64,000 nt of DNA from Promethearchaeota archaeon Loki_b32 (GCA_005223125.1 NJBH01000019.1:1-64000); one strand, 5' to 3'. Positions 22,101 through 31,305 are shown, counted from the first letter of the stretch. A program made the numbers and translations. The notes: generated from the letters alone by a model not told the origin.

Positions 22101-25100
22101 GGGACTATCCAAGCGGACGCCATTATATGAATGCTATTCGTACAAATAATAATCTCAATGAAATGGGTACTGCTCTTAGAGTACTTTCTAGAATGGAATG
22201 GGATCTCGGCTCTGATAATAATGAGATAAAGATTTGGGTTGACTGGGTATTTATCCACGAAATCAATGGAACAGAACCAGTTGCAAGTATAGGATCCGAA
22301 TTAGTAGCGGAATATTCTGTTAATGCAGAAGTTGAATGGTCGGTATCTGATCCAGATTTACTATCGATTGAGGCATTAAGATTCAATCACGTGGGCCCTG
22401 CAAACATGGATTTTTATATATGGAATTATACACTCGGTGATTGGGTTGATATCACTTCAGAAACAAGTCCATATGAACTTACAACTGATTTGTATAACAG
22501 TAGTAAGACCGTAAAGGTTCTGTATAATGCAACTTCAAGCAGTAGTTTTGATATTGATATAGACCAATTACGAATTGATTACACGAAAAGCTCGTTTTAT
22601 AAAGTCGATACAAGTGTGGAGTGGTCAATTTCAGATCCAGAGTTATATTCAATGGATGCGATACATTTTGATCACACGGCACCGATAAGCATCGATTTTT
22701 ACATATGGAATTATACATTAGGTGATTGGCTTGATATCACCTCAGAAGCCGATCTATATAGGCTTGCAGCCGGTCTCTATAACATAAGCACTAATATGGT
22801 AAAGGTACGATATATATCGGGAAACAGCGTGAGTCCATTTGATCTGCAAATAGATCAATTGCGCATTGATTACACAAAAGAGATCGCGCGGATAAGCCGT
22901 AAAGATATTTATCAGTATTACTGGGATTTCGGAGACGGATACTTCAGCGTAGATCGGAACCCAGAGCATCAATACGGGTATGACGGCAATTATACAGCAA
23001 CGCTGTTTGTGCGGGATCTGTACGGCAATTGTTATGATGATACAGTTATGGTTGAAGTGGAAGAGAAGCCGCCAGAAATTATCGGTCCGCTCGCCTTCTA
23101 TGCATTAGAAGGGCAGTCAATTGTATTAGATATTGAGGTAACAGATTCTGTACTTGATTTACGAGACCTGACGTATACGTGGTATGATGAAAATCAGCAG
23201 GAACTCACAAGTCTTGCCAACAACCGAAAGCTGACTATCAGTCTTCCAGGTGGTGGGTACATATACTCCTTATTGGTAGAGGACCCTGATAATAATCAGC
23301 ATCAGTGTAATATTTCTATTATCGTTGAAGATATGTCACCGAGCGTGTACATTCCCAATTACATGTATCACGGCGATAGCACTTCAGGTACTCTTACGTT
23401 AACTGCCTACGGATACGATTCCACATATGATATAAATAATTTGGAGTTTTCGTGGAAGATTTCATTTAACGGTACAGACGATACGAGGGGACCATACTCA
23501 AATATAAATAGATCATCAATTCAGTTTGACGCAACTAAAACGGCGCTCTATCAAGGTGAAGTAACGGTAAGAGATCCAGATAATAATAAGTCAACTACAG
23601 CCTCTTTTGCGATCTTTTCTGTTATTGATTCAAATGGAAACGGATTCAGTGACGAATTTGAAGAAAAACTTGCTGAAAACGGAGAAAGTATTTATGATTT
23701 CTTTGATTCTGATAACGACGGTTTGAGTGATTTATATGAAATTACAAATAATATTACTGATTGGACGGATCCAGATACTGATAATGATGGACTATATGAT
23801 GGCGTCGATAGATCTAGTGGGTTTGGGGAATTTTTAGCTGGAACAAATCCTGTAAACTGGGATACTGATGATGATTTATTGTCTGATAGTATCGAAGTAA
23901 TAGGGTGGGAAATGGAAACAGAAATTTTCGGCACAATCTATGTGACATCAAATCCATTAAAGGCAGATACGGATGGAGATGGGTGGGATGATAAGCGAGA
24001 GTATGATGAGCGAACAGATCCACGAAGTCCAGATACAGATGGAGATTTGCTTAACGATCCTGATGATCCGCATCCGTTGAAATGGGACGGAGATGAAGAT
24101 GGGTTATCAGATAAAGTTGAAGTGGATATAGGCACTGATGCAAATAATCCTGATACAGATTCTGACGGGTTAACTGACGGTCAAGAGGTCCTAGGATGGG
24201 AATTTATTACGGATCCTCTGACAGCAGATTCTGATAGAGATTTTGTATTTGATAACGCAGAAGTGAAATCATACGAGTATGAACTAGCAGATCGTCTTGA
24301 TTTAGATCAACCAGTAAAGTTGAAGTTTCAGCAATCATTTACAAAGGCGGCATCTGGACAAATAGAATTTACTATTGCATTTGGAGAAGCAAATAATTCT
24401 GTACCAATTGATGGACAACAAACAACGTACGGTATTTTAGAGGTACCTGATATAGAAGTGTTGATAACCAAAAGTGGTATGGAATTATTTAGAGGCACAA
24501 CTAATGGGACCAGATACTTTTCGCAAGTTGTTGATATTAAGGAAATCATGAAATCAAATTCTGCAAATTATTATGGTAATTACTACATTAGAGTAAATGA
24601 TACAGACGCTGGATGCATTTTAGAACAATTCAAGGTATCAGCAGTACGATATCTCGATCCAAACAATAACGATCTTGACGGAGACGGTATTATGGACGGT
24701 GTTGAAATGGAAAAAATAGTTAGAGGGACTGATATAATTGACGTTGATGACTCATACGATTATAACAATATTACCATTAATGAAATTTATCAAGAGCATG
24801 AAAAGTATAACTTCCAGATGGAAGTAGGATATGTTGACATTACAAATACCATTGATCAAACTGTATCAGTACCGATTTCATTTAATTACTTATATTATCA
24901 ACCAGTTGTCGTTGCGTATGTGATGACAAGAAATGATGACGAAAGTGTCGAAGTACGAGTTGCTAATATCACTTCTGAAGGATGTGACATTTTTATGGAA
25001 GAACCAGACGACGGAAGTCACGCAACAGAAACGTTTGGATATATAGTGGTCGAGGAAGGTGAATGGGAACTTATAGATGGCACGGTATTAAAAGCAGGAA

Positions 25101-28100
25101 TAGTGTCCACGGATCAAGCTCATCAGGGAGGATTGTCATATAATAATTGGGAACAAGTAAATTTTGGCAGACCGTTTTACGCAGATCCCATAGTATTGCA
25201 TTCTCTTAATACCTATAACAACGAAGACTTTAAAACATCAATTGTATCGGAGATAACTACATCATCATTTAATGTTACTCAGGAATCAGCTGAAACTGGC
25301 ACGTCTACCGATGAAGAAACAATAGGATGGATCGCAATTGAGTCGGGAAAAACAGGTACAATAAATAATGTGAAGTACGAAACACTTCGGGGAAACGACG
25401 GTGATAGTGATGGTGTTTCACCAGGCGAAAATGGTCATGTGTTTAGTTTCCAGCAAAGTTTTACGAACATTCCAGATGTAGTGGTTGTAAAACAACTTAG
25501 TGTAAATGAAAACGACGGTTCATGGGCACGTTCTGATGGTATTCTTACAGCTGCATCCCATAGGACCTGTGCAGAAGAGGACCAAGTGGGTGATCCTGAA
25601 AGAAATCACACGGACGAGTATTTTGGATTGGTCGCATTTGAAGATGATTTTTCTTATGGATATAATTATGTACCCCCTGAGGAATCTGAAGGATCTAGTT
25701 ATGTAAAGTCGGTTGAGCATGTTGAGTTAACATTAACTGGTGCTTCTGGTTCTACACAACTATCTAAAAACCAAGACATCACGAAGTGCGTGCCTTTTGT
25801 TACAATGAAGCAAAGCGTGGGTGATGATTGGGATGATATCATGTGTGATGTGTACTTTACAGACAGTCCTGCAACGGTTGTGGCAGAAAGAGCTACAGCA
25901 GGAGCTTCTATAACTCTTAGTATCTTTATCGTAGAGTTTGACGACACGAATGTTGAGGTGCAAAGCGGCACCTTTTCGGTAACGGGAACGTATGCAGAAA
26001 AAGCTATAGATCAAATAGATACTTCCAAGGCGGTTCCGATGGCATATTACAAGGTAGCTGGAGGGGATGATGATTGGGATTCTTCGATGATTACCACAGA
26101 TTTTGTAGACACCTCAACAGTGAGAATGGAACGACATCAAAGTTCTGGCACTATGTCAGGACATTATTTTGTGTTTGAGTCACAGAATTCAGAGTTTTCC
26201 GTGCAAAAAGCAGAATTGTCATTGACATCAAGTGATGGTTATGATACAGCAACAATTAGTTGGGTAAACATGTCAAAATCATTTATCATCTCTTCATATG
26301 AATGCGACTGTGCAACTGATGATCCCGAAGATGCAGCCGTCGATGTGTGGTTAAGTTCAGAAACAGAAGTTCGGGCAAAACGGCATCCTGAATCATCCTA
26401 TTCTAATGGAGCGCCGACCATCAATGTATTTGTTGTCACTTTTGGTGGAGATGATGAAAGTGTGCAACGCGGAGACTTCATATGGGCAGATGCCGACAGC
26501 TTTAAAGAAACTGATATCATGGATATTAATTTAGATTTTTCAATCGTGAAATCAGGGCAGATGTACGGTATCATGCAATGCGATGGTACAGGAAGTGCTG
26601 ATGTAAAACCTTCGTTTGTCGAACTCAAATTTATTGATGATAATACGATACGGTTAGAACGATACACGAACAGCGAAGATGGAATAGGACACTGGGAAGT
26701 CGTAGAATTTTTCGGTGTGCCCGAGGTAGAAGAACAAGAAATAGAACTCGAACCTGAGCCATTTGATACAGAGTTTTTCTATCTGGAAATCCCCGATAGG
26801 GGTATTGTGTATGATGCGGATCTCACGCTCACAGTAGAATCAGATGACACTCTGTTAGGATACGGAACTGTGAATATTACCCTCTTTAAAGAAGATATTA
26901 ATTGCAATATTGAAGATGTAGTGTTAATTGATTATGATACTGAGTTTAATGAAACAGATGTCTACTTTAATCAATTTGTAGATCTTACCAATCTAGTAAA
27001 TTCAAAAACTATTCATCAGTTCTACGGAACTTATCGACTGGAGATAGTGATTTTTGATTCATCCTACGATGATGTATTCAATGTAACACAATTTATTATC
27101 GAAACTGATACCTATATAGATGCATCAGCGTCTGATACCGATGCATGGATTACAGATCCCGCAAGGTGGGATACAGACGGTGATACGATATCAGATTACA
27201 GTGAGATTTATGGATGGACCCGCGGTTCTGATACATTTTATACGAATCCGCTAAGTAAAGATACAGACGGAGACGGCGCAAAAGATATAATCGATCGGCA
27301 TCCAACTGAAAACGTGATGATCAAGATAAGTCCGCTATCCGCAACCCATCGCAGTCAAGCCTACTGGGAAGAAAGTCCTAAATTAGAAATTGCCATATCA
27401 TATGAATTAAACGGAGATGATGATGACCGCCATAAAATTTTCACCCCTGCGATACAGGCAACTGAAGATTTATGGTCAAAAGTGATACTATTCATCAGAT
27501 ACAGCCATCATAGAAGAACAAATTTTGCTGAAAATGACATACACTATTATGTCGATGTTGATGATAATCCCAACGTTCAGCCAGAAAATATGGACTTCGG
27601 ATTTTCATTATGGCACATGGATGTTGTCGACTTTTTCAGCATACCGCTATGGTACACATGGCTTGCAGGAGAGTCTGTTGTATATTCTATAGGTGATATC
27701 GGTCATTCTACCACATTTGACATATATGATGCTGGTATTTGGGGTCAGGATAATGAGTTGCACGTAAAGGTAGAAACCATTTCGGTAGAAAAGGCAAATA
27801 TAATTGCGATTTACGATACAAATGAAAGTGCAGTGTTTAACGGTCATTATCAAGAAAAAGAAAAGATGAATATCATAGTTCTAAATATTAATGACGATGT
27901 ATCTGTAAGTGGAACACCCTTCGAATACGGTCCAAATGCAATTGTAATTCCCGCTCGATTATTCGCAGAGACGAAATTAAACGGATATATCGAAAATGAA
28001 AATATTGATCAGACTCCGTTATATAGTGATGTTGAAGGAGAATTTGAATTCATTTCAATAGGAAGAAACGGTACTACAGAAGAAGGAAGTGATGAAATAG

Positions 28101-31100
28101 ATTTTGTGATTTACAGGTTTAATATCGATGCAAGTGAGGCGATGCAGATACTCACACTGATTATCATAGTTATAGAAAATAATACGCTAGAAGTTGAGCG
28201 ATATGGTTACTACTCTACAAAAGAAGATGGAGTTTCTTCTGTATTAATGAACTTACATAATTCTGTATTAGGCTATATTCCGTGGTATTGTGATTTCAAT
28301 AATTCTGAACAAGGGGAAGAACCAGATGATTTCTTAGAATGGTTTGCAGAAACGTTTACGGGTGCTTTACTAGCAATAGGACAATTTTTCTGCTGGCTTG
28401 GTATGACGATCGCATCATGGTTTAGTCAAATTGTCGCAATAATATTAGAGGTTCTGATGGAAGTGCTATCATTTTTAGCATTGATGTTATGGCTTATTAT
28501 TCGTGCAGTACTATTAATCATATTTTACATAATGTTAGCTATGGAACTCATCGCAACAGTTGCAATAGTTGTAATGTTCGGTACAGCTTTAATGGCAATA
28601 GGGGTATTCGCTGGGTGGTCGGTACATTTTGGAATCAATATTATAGTACCGTATGGAAAGGATACGAAAGTCGGCTACATTTATGTAAGTGGTCCAGATA
28701 ATTTAGGGTTGGTGTTTGAATCGTGGGTCTATTGGGATTACTGGCCATTCTTTGATATGTACGTGCCAATTGCTGAAATATCATTTGATATAGGAGATAT
28801 AGCGTCGTTGTTAGCAGGTGAAGAAGCTCCACCGATGTTATTTGGTGCTGGATTTAAAGAAATAGAGACGGAACAGTATGACTTTTCGTGTATGTACACT
28901 GATCAAAATGGTGATCCTCCGAGTTATATGAAATTGCATTTGTTATCCCCAAGTGGTGCAGAAAGTGAATATGATCTGCAAATGAATCCATATCTAGATG
29001 ATGTGGAGTGGGATGATCTATTCGTGAATGTATCAATGTATCAAGGTGGAGTACTTTATAACAAAACTATTGAATTTTTTACTGCTGAACAAGGACAGTG
29101 GTTCTATTATATAGCAACTGACAATGAGAATAATCCAAGTGGGGAAATCAGATATCCTACATTAATACCGTATACAGTTGGTCCTAATACTATAGGGAAT
29201 ACGCATTACTTTTCAATACCGCTATATGAAACAGAGGTATGGGAGAACTGTATCGCAAACTTCACAATCATAGGATATGAGTACGAAGCAGGCGCCTATC
29301 CCGATGGAGTTGATTTAACGCTAATACTTCCAGATGGGTCTTTTACATCAATAGAAATGGCAGAAGTGTCGTCGTTTTTCGTCGAAGATAACCCTGATAT
29401 AGAGAATTATCCGTATGCAAATATCGAGGGAACTGAGTATTTCGTATCTGTGAAAATGTCCGATTATTATAATTTCAACGAGATGAGCGCAAACGTTGGA
29501 TTTTTCTTTAACGCCTCACTGCATGATGGAAGTAAAGATATCATGTTTGATAGCAGTCCAGTATTTGATGATATGTACTTCAGCCAAGAAGGTGAGTACT
29601 TCTTTGAACATCCGTTTGTAATCCATGTGCGAGCTATAGATAACAACGGAGAGCCCAAAATCGTATCATATCGCATTGATGAATTAACAACTAATAGATA
29701 CTGGTTGTATGAGGATGTGAAGGAATATGAGACAGGCGATTATTCAACAATGAATGTGAATTCAGAAAATATACTTAGAATGCAAGCCTGGGTTCGTGAT
29801 GAAGATGGAACTCACGAAGAGATTTGGGAGCAAACCCCCAGTAATTTCACATTTGTACCGCAAGTTACATTGACTTCTGAAAAAGGTGAACAAATAGTAT
29901 ATGACATGATGTGGGCAGGATATGATGATGAATTGCAGGCAGATATGTATTATGTTGATATAACTGGTTTTGGAGATTATTCGTATGAATGGAAGAGGGA
30001 TGAAAACGGCGACGGAGATTGGATCCGTACTGAATTTGGCCCAGGTGTGTGGTCTTTAAGCTTTTATGTTGAAGATGAAGCAGCAAATAGCGGAGATCTT
30101 AATGCGAAGCATAAATTCTGGCATTCTGGAAGCGTTGGGTCGTTTATGGATACTATGTGGGGAGGCTATGCCCGTGGAAGCAAGCTTGACGGAGATAATC
30201 CTCTTGGAGCTGTACTAAACTTCTTCACACAGTATAGGCCTTTTATCGTACTCGGAGGGTTTCTAGGCGCTTCAATATGTGAATTTATTGCCAAGAGGAG
30301 TTCTGGTGGAATCGCAGCTACAGCAGCTCATTGGATTTCAGTGGGGCTTAGTGTAGCCACTGTAGGACTAGACGCGATTGCAAAAATTGCAAGCGTAATT
30401 TCATTCGTAGATAAAGAAGATCCGATGGGATTGCTAGGAGCGATAATGAATATGGCTATTAGTCTGGCATTCATGCAGATTACAAAGGCCATGATTCAAA
30501 TAGATCCAGTTGGAGATAAGAAGGCGAATGGATTTGCTTTTATGTCAAAGTTTTCGAAGGCAGGTTCCATATTTTCTAAGGTGTTTCAAATATTTGCGTC
30601 ACTTAATTTCATAATGGCATTAACAACAGACCCCTATAACGCATTCGGGGCATTGTTTCTGATGTTAGTATCATTCATATCAGGACAATTCTTTAAAGGC
30701 GAGGATAAAACAAATCCATTAAGTTTAAAGACGCTTACGTACATCCTTCCGCTAGTATCAATTGCTATGGCATTTCTGGGTCCAGTAATCGTTGACCCAA
30801 TATTAAAGGCTATGAACGGAACTATAGGTGCATTTGCTGATTTGCTTAAACCATTAACAAATATGATTAATTATGGATTAGGCGGAATATGGCAGATAAT
30901 GGCAATGTTAGTGCAATCAATGGGAATAGGGTTGATTCTAAACATGCTGCATTATTTGAGATCTCCTACGTCAGAAGGTATCTTTAAGGTAAAAGAGTTC
31001 AGTCCAACTAATTTCGGAATAAATGCCTACATGGCATTTGAGATAATACTGATAGTAATTTCATTTATCATGTTTGCTTACAAAACAGATATGTTTTTAG

Positions 31101-31201
31101 GTGCATTTGGTGGTAACACAGAACATCAAATCGGAACAGACGCTACTGGTATGGGATTATATGTCGAAGATAATATATTATGGAATTATATATTCCATTA
31201 A
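13181..31201 (+). CDS. Giant 6006-aa secreted, membrane-anchored modular protein (PKD, LamG/ConA-like, DUF2341-like, TSP3-like Ca-binding repeats, lectin-like repeats, multi-TM C-terminus)
   Basis: 18-kb uninterrupted ORF; N-terminal signal/TM; WDFGDG PKD motifs; GTVEFW...WHH.R.DF...DAIGYSWD repeats; DGADLRF...YWIESWN...IWVK; many DTDGDG motifs; hydrophobic blocks at ~28330-28640 and ~30200-31090. Confidence 0.9.
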   Translation: MQKLNHESVEEFNHTKKRKKKLNHTQKIALVLLCILSIAFIQQCRANGFSEPRITDFTASPSTVDVGEPVNLTWTIIGFFDIAVISYGDGNQTQMTMVEENKTYTILHEYQSEGKYNVSIYVANTITTDEDWDAQFITIQNDPPVFDISIDPSQADEDEFVNVSVTNLQESDHDKEPGLLTYVFDFADGNQTTSNSSSILHKWENGGTYPITVTVIDDQNALNQKTQDIVIENKVPEPDFTIGCEIPSTYGFYSDLIGAFPFGWTSIDNHYDGTYSFETDEDGSDPAGWTDISVGTGTANVISNISGHNKIVEMYHGVGSGDDAGFENSFTIQTSGTVEFWMRTTDAMKFSMVWMYEGILTQKIWFRIAGNHFQWYDGTTFQTLNATSVANTWHHIRFDFECADGLYKGLSADTARIYIDGADQGVYSFTATTNLGKLSFNLDISNDYYSYVDAIGYSWDENYNIGDNSYAHESFDAFRVAEGADHHQKILEAKWTEYQDVEIYNTFEPQLNGTVEFWFMTNDITLYSIPAFSFYDDQGLENFEIYIDDGKWYYNNSAMYQIPNVNDPKNDTWHHVRIDFLAEGHYLDLNPSTFKVTIDGIESGLLIMNYDEGHYTESMHMKVDKEVGYDGAKSYIDAIGYSWDPHYKVGDNHKIFINEFYATFDFSEEVVGTEPSVDDWYIPPLPSGKYGSFSIVDAGDIGVSDGAESNGSVDTSDPNSEIVEIIDNSTISSLIMEHNYTDQSYGSVEFWVRSNNTNEKVWVFCLMQNDILGLALLMDDNEWQYTINDVDYEIIDGNIDSPENDTWYHVRLDFRGTVADPYFSLQEGYFTVAINTILSSQFQMTSLTSINRTRVTTGGSDTGTAYMDAIGYSWDPYYQIGDNRFPMVHYPEKSLIWFSASQTTDTSNDEGSLNYYWDFGDGSSDFGKYVAHEYPTSGMYPVELTVMDDNGAKASKTRIVLISNKYPDINFSSFQDEITTFEGTTITFDTIIDDENPDVARMEYYWHLNGSEFDPYNVTQYIQGGWINSYTFVDDHDGTLYAMARDPEGAFDFDALNVTVENVDPSVSIRTMDMVANVTFEVERSTGPPWYDNNFTFVVQNTDKFDLEVPYFFTELNFTGSTETTVNHIQENMMFDLLKDWNIYANTTSQVSGSVKYQLTFEFKDGKQEVISSEWISSGYAYWEKSSDELWYDETNFTVGHPVEVGVSIWDPSTDDVYLDLNYIVDMVVEIQCTDTLPISKSFNISDTYFYDVYIYESNGKKYVNITAYTQLASSDEINNEGFPLDAHTTYTLEPLIDLTELLVNHPDGPLLSGFSVVECISALNGLKTYAEDDDGGSSPVVSIKFDTQDDIDIKALCPDIDMINNDGGMMTQNISFYLDYYYRSYFRDGSDVTFEQVSPYQDSDQETSFNSFGDPISFAGSGGDSGYVTTNQSTDSGVDMGSAYNELNSIDCSGTDGGSGYRSREQDTISGEGDPQHPVNLGSYVTSSQQVYTDNTDRSKTSSKDTTENHYPGNPGESFRGQPLGSNPDNWVTVEEDTGSLIEIYPGPVGGHTDWACFFYDGGGSLYMYRNWGSDYEETQVQFWLYYHGADVYVRFENNPIWSCGIQFQQNGVYRRYKSGLAWYWGLIYSGCTDDNWYNVGFELRTSDTYCVTIGDTYGNQIWSGVFDIQSGYATAWDRIEIWAKDTAGYIFIDGYGETHDSGYSYGQNVFPYQKCTLSSFSVPMQGMHVDNYARRTGTYYLEYRVKVNYAGAGCESPDIYLYIDGQYISAGTIADPSDNVWYTKQIAIQNTQFSGDYDVDLYFKALTEDINAKTQGYTLYVDWVKTKWQYQYYNGPDAYYREPGQNVAAGTLDRSVSVCNNFQRDHGSFTYDIQFSLSQTKQYYVQLYKFIDASPGWRTIYSGTSSGSKSWTNVPLSSDYVEDDEDPHVKLRIYTTGSGNPFNLLLTEFQIHYQYSYTYYYRHTVDLNNMNEFRYRALDMARGIDMDFDYYFPLEDRDGDIKHKQQNTTAQWQQVGLYDNVGDDLFDYTFLNKDFILYDGSFYVYHEQEIVDHDPDGHATECELDSMSHYYEWDYSYCDTFSLELSDMNDFRYDHFTLCDINYEVKTHNSEGLNIRVYNHATYEWDALDSFTTNGADPDQPLVGTDGFVNFVSDDYILYEASSGKYFVNVSFTGFANPSETIFDIVTLETEWDYSYTWDDQFEISLTNMNDFRYDNFEQCTLSYTINTSSGEPVDKYLWDYTINDWVYQETVNAGPSYSDSITLTGTSNNKYINSSTYEMKVWFELAEFNPPTQYANSEFDLESMSVSWEYNFTYYDTYQSQLAEMTQFRYDTFTECIVSYNIDLIRDGKSTDVYLYNFTKSDWDFFKTTSPPQGGAGIEDYFTFYSTDYIDSGTYNVRIKFTGFTETEFALNSIGYTFEWEYDVQDKFTTNYDMDDHMYNTYESCTITFSITTSESQSNVQVKMYNYSSSQFVAVGSPFSATADVEYEGSVQFTSDEFIHSTEYTTRVYFGGIQDSYLTLNWMKTNYSWSHFYCYCDFGHDNQGMEGISYADMTAIYRNVYNASEVFDYAGTYLITWTVSDGVYETTLGQMIEITYPLPSVAIGDLPDYIIEDQLISIETNIDLAEGFSYLPPKQVFAHLTDFTYPQQQEFDITAGTWNTFPEDSLEFNDDEYAIISADPVYDYVSPTSGDFNVISGDLTYGDLDDIDGIKSTITPDAGVAGVPALEGWDYVRNITLNPSTPENNYQVKVQLSTSNFDYSRVKSDGADLRFYTTDETLLNYWIESWNTTGDSLIWVKTPDSGTSVIHMYYGNSVATAMSNGTATFSFFDDFEGTSLDTNVWNEHKITRSGTFSVTVEDSMVKLLMNFGGTEMRGPWTTVGYSDFYTTGGGYGTFCPNGINALTLHTYTHEGSVAQVTADVRGSEWTWLVDDIYYLSDSLVKFYENETLISTHNESIPDAESIPIKFMCRGWDYPSGRHYMNAIRTNNNLNEMGTALRVLSRMEWDLGSDNNEIKIWVDWVFIHEINGTEPVASIGSELVAEYSVNAEVEWSVSDPDLLSIEALRFNHVGPANMDFYIWNYTLGDWVDITSETSPYELTTDLYNSSKTVKVLYNATSSSSFDIDIDQLRIDYTKSSFYKVDTSVEWSISDPELYSMDAIHFDHTAPISIDFYIWNYTLGDWLDITSEADLYRLAAGLYNISTNMVKVRYISGNSVSPFDLQIDQLRIDYTKEIARISRKDIYQYYWDFGDGYFSVDRNPEHQYGYDGNYTATLFVRDLYGNCYDDTVMVEVEEKPPEIIGPLAFYALEGQSIVLDIEVTDSVLDLRDLTYTWYDENQQELTSLANNRKLTISLPGGGYIYSLLVEDPDNNQHQCNISIIVEDMSPSVYIPNYMYHGDSTSGTLTLTAYGYDSTYDINNLEFSWKISFNGTDDTRGPYSNINRSSIQFDATKTALYQGEVTVRDPDNNKSTTASFAIFSVIDSNGNGFSDEFEEKLAENGESIYDFFDSDNDGLSDLYEITNNITDWTDPDTDNDGLYDGVDRSSGFGEFLAGTNPVNWDTDDDLLSDSIEVIGWEMETEIFGTIYVTSNPLKADTDGDGWDDKREYDERTDPRSPDTDGDLLNDPDDPHPLKWDGDEDGLSDKVEVDIGTDANNPDTDSDGLTDGQEVLGWEFITDPLTADSDRDFVFDNAEVKSYEYELADRLDLDQPVKLKFQQSFTKAASGQIEFTIAFGEANNSVPIDGQQTTYGILEVPDIEVLITKSGMELFRGTTNGTRYFSQVVDIKEIMKSNSANYYGNYYIRVNDTDAGCILEQFKVSAVRYLDPNNNDLDGDGIMDGVEMEKIVRGTDIIDVDDSYDYNNITINEIYQEHEKYNFQMEVGYVDITNTIDQTVSVPISFNYLYYQPVVVAYVMTRNDDESVEVRVANITSEGCDIFMEEPDDGSHATETFGYIVVEEGEWELIDGTVLKAGIVSTDQAHQGGLSYNNWEQVNFGRPFYADPIVLHSLNTYNNEDFKTSIVSEITTSSFNVTQESAETGTSTDEETIGWIAIESGKTGTINNVKYETLRGNDGDSDGVSPGENGHVFSFQQSFTNIPDVVVVKQLSVNENDGSWARSDGILTAASHRTCAEEDQVGDPERNHTDEYFGLVAFEDDFSYGYNYVPPEESEGSSYVKSVEHVELTLTGASGSTQLSKNQDITKCVPFVTMKQSVGDDWDDIMCDVYFTDSPATVVAERATAGASITLSIFIVEFDDTNVEVQSGTFSVTGTYAEKAIDQIDTSKAVPMAYYKVAGGDDDWDSSMITTDFVDTSTVRMERHQSSGTMSGHYFVFESQNSEFSVQKAELSLTSSDGYDTATISWVNMSKSFIISSYECDCATDDPEDAAVDVWLSSETEVRAKRHPESSYSNGAPTINVFVVTFGGDDESVQRGDFIWADADSFKETDIMDINLDFSIVKSGQMYGIMQCDGTGSADVKPSFVELKFIDDNTIRLERYTNSEDGIGHWEVVEFFGVPEVEEQEIELEPEPFDTEFFYLEIPDRGIVYDADLTLTVESDDTLLGYGTVNITLFKEDINCNIEDVVLIDYDTEFNETDVYFNQFVDLTNLVNSKTIHQFYGTYRLEIVIFDSSYDDVFNVTQFIIETDTYIDASASDTDAWITDPARWDTDGDTISDYSEIYGWTRGSDTFYTNPLSKDTDGDGAKDIIDRHPTENVMIKISPLSATHRSQAYWEESPKLEIAISYELNGDDDDRHKIFTPAIQATEDLWSKVILFIRYSHHRRTNFAENDIHYYVDVDDNPNVQPENMDFGFSLWHMDVVDFFSIPLWYTWLAGESVVYSIGDIGHSTTFDIYDAGIWGQDNELHVKVETISVEKANIIAIYDTNESAVFNGHYQEKEKMNIIVLNINDDVSVSGTPFEYGPNAIVIPARLFAETKLNGYIENENIDQTPLYSDVEGEFEFISIGRNGTTEEGSDEIDFVIYRFNIDASEAMQILTLIIIVIENNTLEVERYGYYSTKEDGVSSVLMNLHNSVLGYIPWYCDFNNSEQGEEPDDFLEWFAETFTGALLAIGQFFCWLGMTIASWFSQIVAIILEVLMEVLSFLALMLWLIIRAVLLIIFYIMLAMELIATVAIVVMFGTALMAIGVFAGWSVHFGINIIVPYGKDTKVGYIYVSGPDNLGLVFESWVYWDYWPFFDMYVPIAEISFDIGDIASLLAGEEAPPMLFGAGFKEIETEQYDFSCMYTDQNGDPPSYMKLHLLSPSGAESEYDLQMNPYLDDVEWDDLFVNVSMYQGGVLYNKTIEFFTAEQGQWFYYIATDNENNPSGEIRYPTLIPYTVGPNTIGNTHYFSIPLYETEVWENCIANFTIIGYEYEAGAYPDGVDLTLILPDGSFTSIEMAEVSSFFVEDNPDIENYPYANIEGTEYFVSVKMSDYYNFNEMSANVGFFFNASLHDGSKDIMFDSSPVFDDMYFSQEGEYFFEHPFVIHVRAIDNNGEPKIVSYRIDELTTNRYWLYEDVKEYETGDYSTMNVNSENILRMQAWVRDEDGTHEEIWEQTPSNFTFVPQVTLTSEKGEQIVYDMMWAGYDDELQADMYYVDITGFGDYSYEWKRDENGDGDWIRTEFGPGVWSLSFYVEDEAANSGDLNAKHKFWHSGSVGSFMDTMWGGYARGSKLDGDNPLGAVLNFFTQYRPFIVLGGFLGASICEFIAKRSSGGIAATAAHWISVGLSVATVGLDAIAKIASVISFVDKEDPMGLLGAIMNMAISLAFMQITKAMIQIDPVGDKKANGFAFMSKFSKAGSIFSKVFQIFASLNFIMALTTDPYNAFGALFLMLVSFISGQFFKGEDKTNPLSLKTLTYILPLVSIAMAFLGPVIVDPILKAMNGTIGAFADLLKPLTNMINYGLGGIWQIMAMLVQSMGIGLILNMLHYLRSPTSEGIFKVKEFSPTNFGINAYMAFEIILIVISFIMFAYKTDMFLGAFGGNTEHQIGTDATGMGLYVEDNILWNYIFH

Positions 31202-31275
31202 TTTTTTTTAAATAATTAATTAAAATAGAGAAAAATAATAAAAAGTAGAACAAGAGTTAAAAAATAAAAAACAAG

Positions 31276-31305
31276 TCCCGAATGTTTCTTCATCGAAACT
31301 CGGGG
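31276..31305 (+). other. GC-rich stem-loop between the giant gene and the PLC-like gene
   Basis: TCCCGA-at-GTTTC-ttcatc-GAAAC-TCGGGG within an otherwise A-rich spacer. Confidence 0.5.

Noticed and set aside
13946-30086. Many 60-110 aa ORFs inside the giant gene (and similar ones inside other long genes)
   Set aside because: Shadow frames of long coding sequences with no independent motifs
13181-31201. Intein, RHS/YD toxin or DGR target within the giant protein
   Set aside because: No Hint motifs, YD repeats, reverse transcriptase or adenine-specific template/variable repeat pair seen
31276-31305. SECIS element
   Set aside because: No in-frame TGA in the neighbouring genes and the SECIS core motif is not evident
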